Part shown: positions 58,905 to 64,000 of the stretch, one piece after another
How positions within the stretch are numbered: the stretch's first letter is position 1
Layout of the letters: each line of letters begins with the position of its first letter
NCBI GenBank assembly: GCA_021789945.1
Contig: JAJYIS010000002.1
Location: 5,379-69,378 of the forward strand
Source: Thermoplasmata archaeon
GTDB taxonomy: Archaea > Thermoplasmatota > Thermoplasmata > UBA10834
Length of the DNA stretch: 64,000 nt
Direction of reading: 5' to 3'
Program-made: the position numbers and the translations under genes
Notes under the pieces: generated by a model
What the model was told of the DNA's origin: nothing
The model's input: only the letters and a program-made list of their open reading frames with translations
Databases searched by the model: none

Positions 58905-58953
58905 CCTGGCGCCTTGCGGCGGCCCTGGGCAAGGCCCTTTAGGAAGGTCCAGG
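58905..58953 (-). ncRNA. Candidate structured 5'-UTR element (four-way junction)
   Basis: CCTGG/CCAGG closing stem around CCTT-CCTA-AAGG, GCCTT-GCCC-AGGGC and GCC-GCAA-GGC hairpins, about 28 nt downstream of ATATATATAT. Confidence 0.45.
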
Positions 58954-59005
58954 TATATTATACAGCGCTCCCCTACCAGCATATATATATGGGCGGAGAC
59001 CAGCC

Positions 59006-59797
59006 ATGGCCAGGGACCTGAAGTTCTTCCATTTCGGCTACCAGTGTCCGAACAACGCCTACCTCATAGCGCTGATCAAGACCATCGCTTGGCATGAGAG
59101 CGTCAAGCTGCACCTGATAGACGTCACGGGAGACGAGGAGACCTGCAGGATGTACAGCATCTTCTCCCCGACCTTGGTCATAGTCAACGACAGGCACCGG
59201 TGGCACGGCCCGTTCACGAAGGACAAGATCATCGCGATGCTCGAGGCCGATGACGACATCGAACCGGAGCCGAGGAGGGTCTCCCAGGGCAGGGATATCG
59301 TACGAGGGGACCTCATCCCGATCACATCGAAGACCGTCCTTGACACGTGCACCACATGCACCGGCACCGAGGACAGGAAACTCTGCTACGGGAAGGGGGA
59401 GTGGGTAGGCGACATGATGAGAAGCACAGGCCTTCCGCATTTAGGTTACCTGCACCTCGTCGACGGCGGTTGCGTCGGAGGAGCCGAGTACCTCCCGTCG
59501 AGATCCGTGCCGTATCCCATCCCCGGGAAGTCGAATGACGCTGCGTTCCTTACGTGCTCGTACGTATCGCATTCGGAGAAGGACTTCAAGACGCATCCGC
59601 TCGAGCGGCTCGTCAGGGACCTCGCGGACCAGGGGTTCAAGACGCTCCTTGTGGCCGCCTCAGAGGAAGTAGTCTTCCCAAACGGGCCGGCAGAGTGGTT
59701 CGAGGAGAAAGGATTCATGGACAAGGGCGTACTCATGAGAGAGGAGCTCCACGGGGCCGCGGTGCACCTCATGAGCCTCGACCTCGACGGGCGTTGA
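59006..59797 (+). CDS. YoaP-like protein: thioredoxin-like (QCP) domain plus GNAT-like domain
   Basis: YQCP..., SPT; K..W, EYLP...PYPIP.....FLTC.Y, WF...GF. Confidence 0.6.
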   Translation: MARDLKFFHFGYQCPNNAYLIALIKTIAWHESVKLHLIDVTGDEETCRMYSIFSPTLVIVNDRHRWHGPFTKDKIIAMLEADDDIEPEPRRVSQGRDIVRGDLIPITSKTVLDTCTTCTGTEDRKLCYGKGEWVGDMMRSTGLPHLGYLHLVDGGCVGGAEYLPSRSVPYPIPGKSNDAAFLTCSYVSHSEKDFKTHPLERLVRDLADQGFKTLLVAASEEVVFPNGPAEWFEEKGFMDKGVLMREELHGAAVHLMSLDLDGR

Positions 59798-59851
59798 CCG
59801 CGGAAAAGGTCAAATCAGAAAAGCCCTTTCACCGCACCTGGTGATTGCACG

Positions 59852-61627
59852 ATGAGGGCGCTGTCAATACCCAAGCTGTTCGCGGGCATAGAGATATCCG
59901 AGTTCGACCTGCACCCGGACGGAACCAAGGCAGTCTGCTGCGTGAACCGAGGGAAGAACTGGGAGCTGGCCATCTTGGACCTCAAGAGGGGCGGGCTCTC
60001 CAGATTCCTCGCTGGGGACCAATCGCTCACTTCTCCACAGTATTCCCCGGATGGCTCGGATGTGATGTTCCAAACCGATTTCCAGGGGGACGAGGATCAC
60101 GACATAGTGGTTGCCAGCGTGAACGGACGCCAGCAGAGGAAGATCACTGATGGCGTCGCGGACAACTTCAACCCCGAGTTCTCCCCGGACGGCCAGAGGG
60201 TGGCGTTCCTTTCGAACAGGAAGGGAGACATCGAGAACATATACATGATCGGCTCACGCGGCGGCAAGATGACGCGGCTCACAGACGAGAAGCTGCCGGT
60301 GCGAGCGATAGCCTGGTCCCCGGACGGGGCCAAGATCGCATACCAGACCGGGATAGGAGACGAGGACTACGTGTCGGTAGTGGACGTCGAGCGGAGGAAG
60401 ACCACCAGACTGCTCTCGAAGGGGGATGTCGAATACGGCCTCACGAATGGATCAGGACCTGTCTCTCCTTGGAGCACGGACGGAAGGAGCCTTCTCTTCG
60501 TTTCGAACGAGTCCGATTCCGTGGACATCGGGTCGATCGACCTCCGGACGCGGAAGAGAAAGTGGGTCGCGAGGAGCAAGAATGAGAAGTATCAGCCTCA
60601 ATGGTCGCCCGACGGATCTGCACTCGCCTACCTCGAGGTGGAGGACCCCGATATCGTCGTGAAGCTGAAGACTGGCAAGAAGACCGTCACGGTCTCTCCG
60701 AGTGACGGCGCCTCGAGGCAGCTGAGGTGGTCTCCGAACGGGGACAGGGTGTACTTCATCAACAGCTCCGCGGTCAGGAAGACCGAGGTGTACGCCGCGA
60801 CCACCGCATCGAGGGCGATCACCGAGCTGCACCCAGTTTCGCCCCCCAGGAGCCAGCTGTCCTACCCGAAGCTCATCCGGTTCAAATCGTTCGACGGCCG
60901 GCGGATACCGGCCCTGCTGTATCTGCCGAAGGACACTTCTCGCAGGGCGGGGATAGTCCTTCCGCATGGCGGCCCCGAGGACCAGACTGTGAACGAGTGG
61001 GACCAGCTGGTACAGATGATAACGGACAAGGGCTACGCCGTCATCGAGCCGAATTACAGGGGCTCGACCGGCTACGGCAGGAGGTTCCTCCACCTTCACG
61101 ACAAGGACCTCGGCGGAGGCGACGTGCTTGACACGGTCTACGCCGGGAAATACATGCTCGAGCAAGGGCTCGCCGAGAAGGACAAGCTCGCGTACTGGGG
61201 AGCGAGCTACAGCGGGTTCACCTGCATGATGGCGCTCACGAAGTATCCTGACATGTGGGCCGCTGGCGTCTCGATCGTCGGGTTCTTCGACTGGGCGACC
61301 GAGATCGAGAGCGAGAGGGGATACCTGCAGGCCTACGACCACAAGAAGATGGGCGACCCGAAGAAGGACCCTGAGTTCTTCAGGGAGCGCTCGCCGATAA
61401 ACTTCCTGCAGAACATCAATGCCCCGCTCCTGATGACCGCCTCGTCCCAGGATGTGCGGTGCCCTCCGACGGAGTCGAGGGCGGTCGTCGCGAGGCTGAA
61501 GAAGCTGGGGAAGACCTTCGAGTACCACGAGTACAAGGACGAGGGGCACTGGCCGAGGAAGAGGAAGAACTTGATGGACCTGTATCTCCGGTCCGTCCGG
61601 TTCCTCGAGAAGCACGTGCCGAGATGA
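59852..61627 (+). CDS. S9 family peptidase with beta-propeller
   Basis: Repeated W/FSPDG; HGGP, NYRGSTGYG, GASYSG, QDVRCP, EGH triad. Confidence 0.92.
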   Translation: MRALSIPKLFAGIEISEFDLHPDGTKAVCCVNRGKNWELAILDLKRGGLSRFLAGDQSLTSPQYSPDGSDVMFQTDFQGDEDHDIVVASVNGRQQRKITDGVADNFNPEFSPDGQRVAFLSNRKGDIENIYMIGSRGGKMTRLTDEKLPVRAIAWSPDGAKIAYQTGIGDEDYVSVVDVERRKTTRLLSKGDVEYGLTNGSGPVSPWSTDGRSLLFVSNESDSVDIGSIDLRTRKRKWVARSKNEKYQPQWSPDGSALAYLEVEDPDIVVKLKTGKKTVTVSPSDGASRQLRWSPNGDRVYFINSSAVRKTEVYAATTASRAITELHPVSPPRSQLSYPKLIRFKSFDGRRIPALLYLPKDTSRRAGIVLPHGGPEDQTVNEWDQLVQMITDKGYAVIEPNYRGSTGYGRRFLHLHDKDLGGGDVLDTVYAGKYMLEQGLAEKDKLAYWGASYSGFTCMMALTKYPDMWAAGVSIVGFFDWATEIESERGYLQAYDHKKMGDPKKDPEFFRERSPINFLQNINAPLLMTASSQDVRCPPTESRAVVARLKKLGKTFEYHEYKDEGHWPRKRKNLMDLYLRSVRFLEKHVPR

Positions 61628-61633
61628 ATCGGG

Positions 61634-62596
61634 TCAGCGCCTGTAGTACGGGTTCATCAGGTCCTCGAAGCAGGAGAGGGCGGCGGCTGCGCCCCCGTGC
61701 ACGGCGGCCACGATCTGCCTGATACCGCCTGAGACATCGCCCGCCGCGTACACGAACGGCACGTTCGTCCTGAAGGACTTGTCCACACTGACGAACCCTC
61801 CCTGGTCCATGTCGAGGCCGAGCTCGGCCGCGAGCTGGCTGCTCGGCACTTCCCCGACGGCGATGAACACGCCGTTGACGGGCTTGGTGTGAACGGCACC
61901 CGTCTTGAGGTCCCTGAGCCTTATCGCCGTGACCTCATCCTTCCCGACGATCTCCTCCACGACCGTGTTCCAGAATACCGGGATGTTGTTCTTCCGGATG
62001 CTCTCATGGAGATGCCTGTCGGCCCTGAAGGAGTCCCGCCTGTGAACGATGGAGAGCTTGCAGCCGATCGAGTGTAGGTACAGAGCGTCGGTGAGAGCGG
62101 TGTTGCCGCCGCCAACGACGACGACCTCGCGGCCCTTGTAGAAGAATCCGTCGCAGGTGGCGCAGTAGCTCACTCCCTTGCCCACCATGCCCTCCTCGCC
62201 TGCGACATCCAGCTTCCTGTGGATCGCGCCCGTCGTTAGTATGATCGCGCGCGCGAGGTACCTGCCGGAGTTGGTCGTGATCTCGAACCTGTCCCCGCCC
62301 CTGACCCTGAGGACCTCCTCGCCCTCCTTGATGTCGACGTACCTGCGGGCGTGGTCCGACATCGCGTCCATCAGCTTCATGCCTGGAATCTCGGGGAAGC
62401 CGGGGTAGTTCTCGATCGATGGGCTAGTGAGGACCTGCCCGCCCGGCACGCCCTTCTCGAGTATGATACATTCAAGGCCCGCGCGCTTCGCGTATATTCC
62501 CGCCGAGAGGCCTGCGGGCCCGCCTCCGATGACGACGACATCGTATTCGCCGACGACTGCGTCGCCCTGACTTGACGAGATGCCTTCGATGGTCAT
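61634..62596 (-). CDS. trxB: Thioredoxin reductase
   Basis: IGGGPAG, ENYPG, GVSYCATCDG, GGGNTA, HRRD, AAGD. Confidence 0.93.
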   Translation of the reverse strand: MTIEGISSSQGDAVVGEYDVVVIGGGPAGLSAGIYAKRAGLECIILEKGVPGGQVLTSPSIENYPGFPEIPGMKLMDAMSDHARRYVDIKEGEEVLRVRGGDRFEITTNSGRYLARAIILTTGAIHRKLDVAGEEGMVGKGVSYCATCDGFFYKGREVVVVGGGNTALTDALYLHSIGCKLSIVHRRDSFRADRHLHESIRKNNIPVFWNTVVEEIVGKDEVTAIRLRDLKTGAVHTKPVNGVFIAVGEVPSSQLAAELGLDMDQGGFVSVDKSFRTNVPFVYAAGDVSGGIRQIVAAVHGGAAAALSCFEDLMNPYYRR

Positions 62597-62782
62597 CGGC
62601 TAAGCGCATCACGTCCAAGTGTATATACAATTCACCCCTGTCACCGCGTGCGAAGGTAAGCCCGGATAACCACCCCAATACCATCAAATACGCTCCTGAA
62701 CACTCACAGAGACGGAGACGCGACTGCTTCGAAACAGGAGATCTGGGCGCTCCGTGAGCATCCAGATCGACCGGAGGAAAAG

Positions 62783-64000
62783 ATGGAGCCGGGGACGATT
62801 ACCGCCTTCTTGGCAATCGGTGCCGCGATCATCGTCGGGTTCTTCGGGAACGCGGTCTTCGCGAAATACCGGGTCCCTGATGTCCTCATCCTAGTCGCAT
62901 TCGGGATGCTGATCGGCCCGGACATACTCGGTTCGAGATTCAACCTCGTCACTGACAGCACGATCCTGGATGTCAACAAGTACAGAGACATCTTCCTCTC
63001 GATCGCGCTCGTGGTCGTCCTGTTCGACGGTGGACTGTCGCTTGATCTGAAGAGCGTCATGCAGTCGGCCAGGCTCTCGCTGTTCATGTCGGTCCTGACG
63101 TTCCTGCTGGAGATGCTGATCATCGCGACAGTGGTGAACCTCATCAGCCATGTGGACTTCACAATCTGCCTGATACTCGGCGGAATCGTCGGAGGCACCA
63201 CGGAGGCGGTCGTGATCCCGATCGCGTCCAAGATGCGCATAAAGGAGAAGACAAAGGCGATGCTCATCATGGAGTCCGTGCTCACCGACGTGATAGTGAT
63301 CGTCACCGTCCTCGCGCTGATCAAGGTGGTCCAGATCGGAGGGGTGAGCCCTGTTGTGTTCATAGAGGACCTCGCGGTGAAGTTCCTCATCGCCGGAGCG
63401 ATCGGCCTAGCCGCCGGAGTCGCGTGGCTGTTCGTGCTCCAGCGCCTGCACAACCAGCCGCTCTCGTACATGCTGTCGGTGGGCGTGCTATTCGCGATCG
63501 CGGGGCTGGTCGAGCTCCCCCCGATCGGCAGCTCGAGCGCCGTCGCCGCGCTGATGTTCGGCCTCACAATCGGGAACAGGCAGTACATCAAGAAGAGGCT
63601 GACGTCCAGGTTCCTCACCCTGCCCTCGAACGAGTACCTCCAGCAATTCAGCACGGAGATCACCTTCTTCGTCCGGACATTCTTCTTCGTCTACCTCGGG
63701 CTCCTTTTCGACTTCCACTCGTTCACCGCGATCCACCTCGCGCTCGGCCTCCTGATGATCAGCATCATCGTGTTTGCGAGGAGGATCACCTCGTTCATCG
63801 CCTCGAGGATTGGAGACCTCGACCCCGTGGACGCGACGGCAGTCTTCGCCATGATGCCGAAGGGGCTGTCCGCGGCCGTGCTGGCGACCCTGCCTGCCGC
63901 GATGCTCTCCGGCACGACCATATGGGAGTCCACGCCCGCCCACTGGAAGCTCGACATCCTGTTCGTGAACGTGACCCTAATCGTCATACTCGGCACGACG
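62783..64000 (+). CDS. Cation:proton antiporter (CPA1/NhaP-type), runs off the right edge
   Basis: Manual translation MEPGTITAF...VPDVL.L...G.LIGP, LFDGG, ESVLTD, FFVRTFFFV.LG, MPKGL.AAVLA. Confidence 0.88.
   Translation, partial: MEPGTITAFLAIGAAIIVGFFGNAVFAKYRVPDVLILVAFGMLIGPDILGSRFNLVTDSTILDVNKYRDIFLSIALVVVLFDGGLSLDLKSVMQSARLSLFMSVLTFLLEMLIIATVVNLISHVDFTICLILGGIVGGTTEAVVIPIASKMRIKEKTKAMLIMESVLTDVIVIVTVLALIKVVQIGGVSPVVFIEDLAVKFLIAGAIGLAAGVAWLFVLQRLHNQPLSYMLSVGVLFAIAGLVELPPIGSSSAVAALMFGLTIGNRQYIKKRLTSRFLTLPSNEYLQQFSTEITFFVRTFFFVYLGLLFDFHSFTAIHLALGLLMISIIVFARRITSFIASRIGDLDPVDATAVFAMMPKGLSAAVLATLPAAMLSGTTIWESTPAHWKLDILFVNVTLIVILGTT

Noticed and set aside
61634-61660. HbYX motif on TrxB (NPYYRR)
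   Set aside because: Tyr is not the penultimate residue.
1-64000. Genome-wide TAG recoding (pyrrolysine code)
   Set aside because: TAG terminates many full-length conserved genes (lysS, cdc48, amtB, porB, secG, peroxiredoxin), and no conserved gene here has an internal TAG.
1-64000. Many long antisense or alternative-frame ORFs (e.g. 63-887, 6579-7841, 22204-23844, 26833-28170, 36063-37421, 52019-53398, 62704-63663)
   Set aside because: These are shadow ORFs of high-GC3 genes with no family motifs, and they overlap well-supported genes.
1-64000. CRISPR arrays, IS elements, integrases, rRNA, SRP or RNase P RNA
   Set aside because: No regularly spaced repeats or recognisable motifs were found by eye.

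Overview
High-GC archaeal chromosomal window, most consistent with a non-acidophilic Thermoplasmata lineage related to Methanomassiliicoccales. That assignment is inferred from gene content: an intron-containing tRNA, Trm56, Elp3, CDC48, Sec61beta and PRC-barrel proteins. No methanogenesis, CRISPR, transposase or integrase genes were recognised. The window is mostly housekeeping: a 10-gene siroheme-dependent (Ahb) heme operon, a his operon (hisGDCHABF-IE plus a PHP phosphatase), class II LysRS, a 2-oxoacid:ferredoxin oxidoreductase, CDC48, two large TPR proteins, Elp3, two ABC transporters, redox proteins, AmtB, an S9 peptidase, TrxB, a cation/proton antiporter and three tRNAs (Glu-CTC with intron, Asn-GTT, Ile2-CAT). 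The most interesting signals are not in the ORF track. (1) A structured his-operon leader carries a short His-containing uORF whose amber stop is in frame with hisG, a candidate archaeal attenuation/readthrough control. (2) A four-way-junction RNA lies in front of a CxxC-x17-CxxC microprotein. (3) A tRNA-like remnant brackets a nucleotidyltransferase together with tRNA-Glu. (4) An ABC binding protein is circularly permuted. (5) Trm56/HD and ahbD each look +1 frameshifted or non-canonically initiated. (6) A TPR scaffold pair carries a degenerate Mrr-like domain and a SAP-like motif. (7) A small operon has HbYX-like C-terminal tails. All calls are from motif recognition by eye; no database searches were run.
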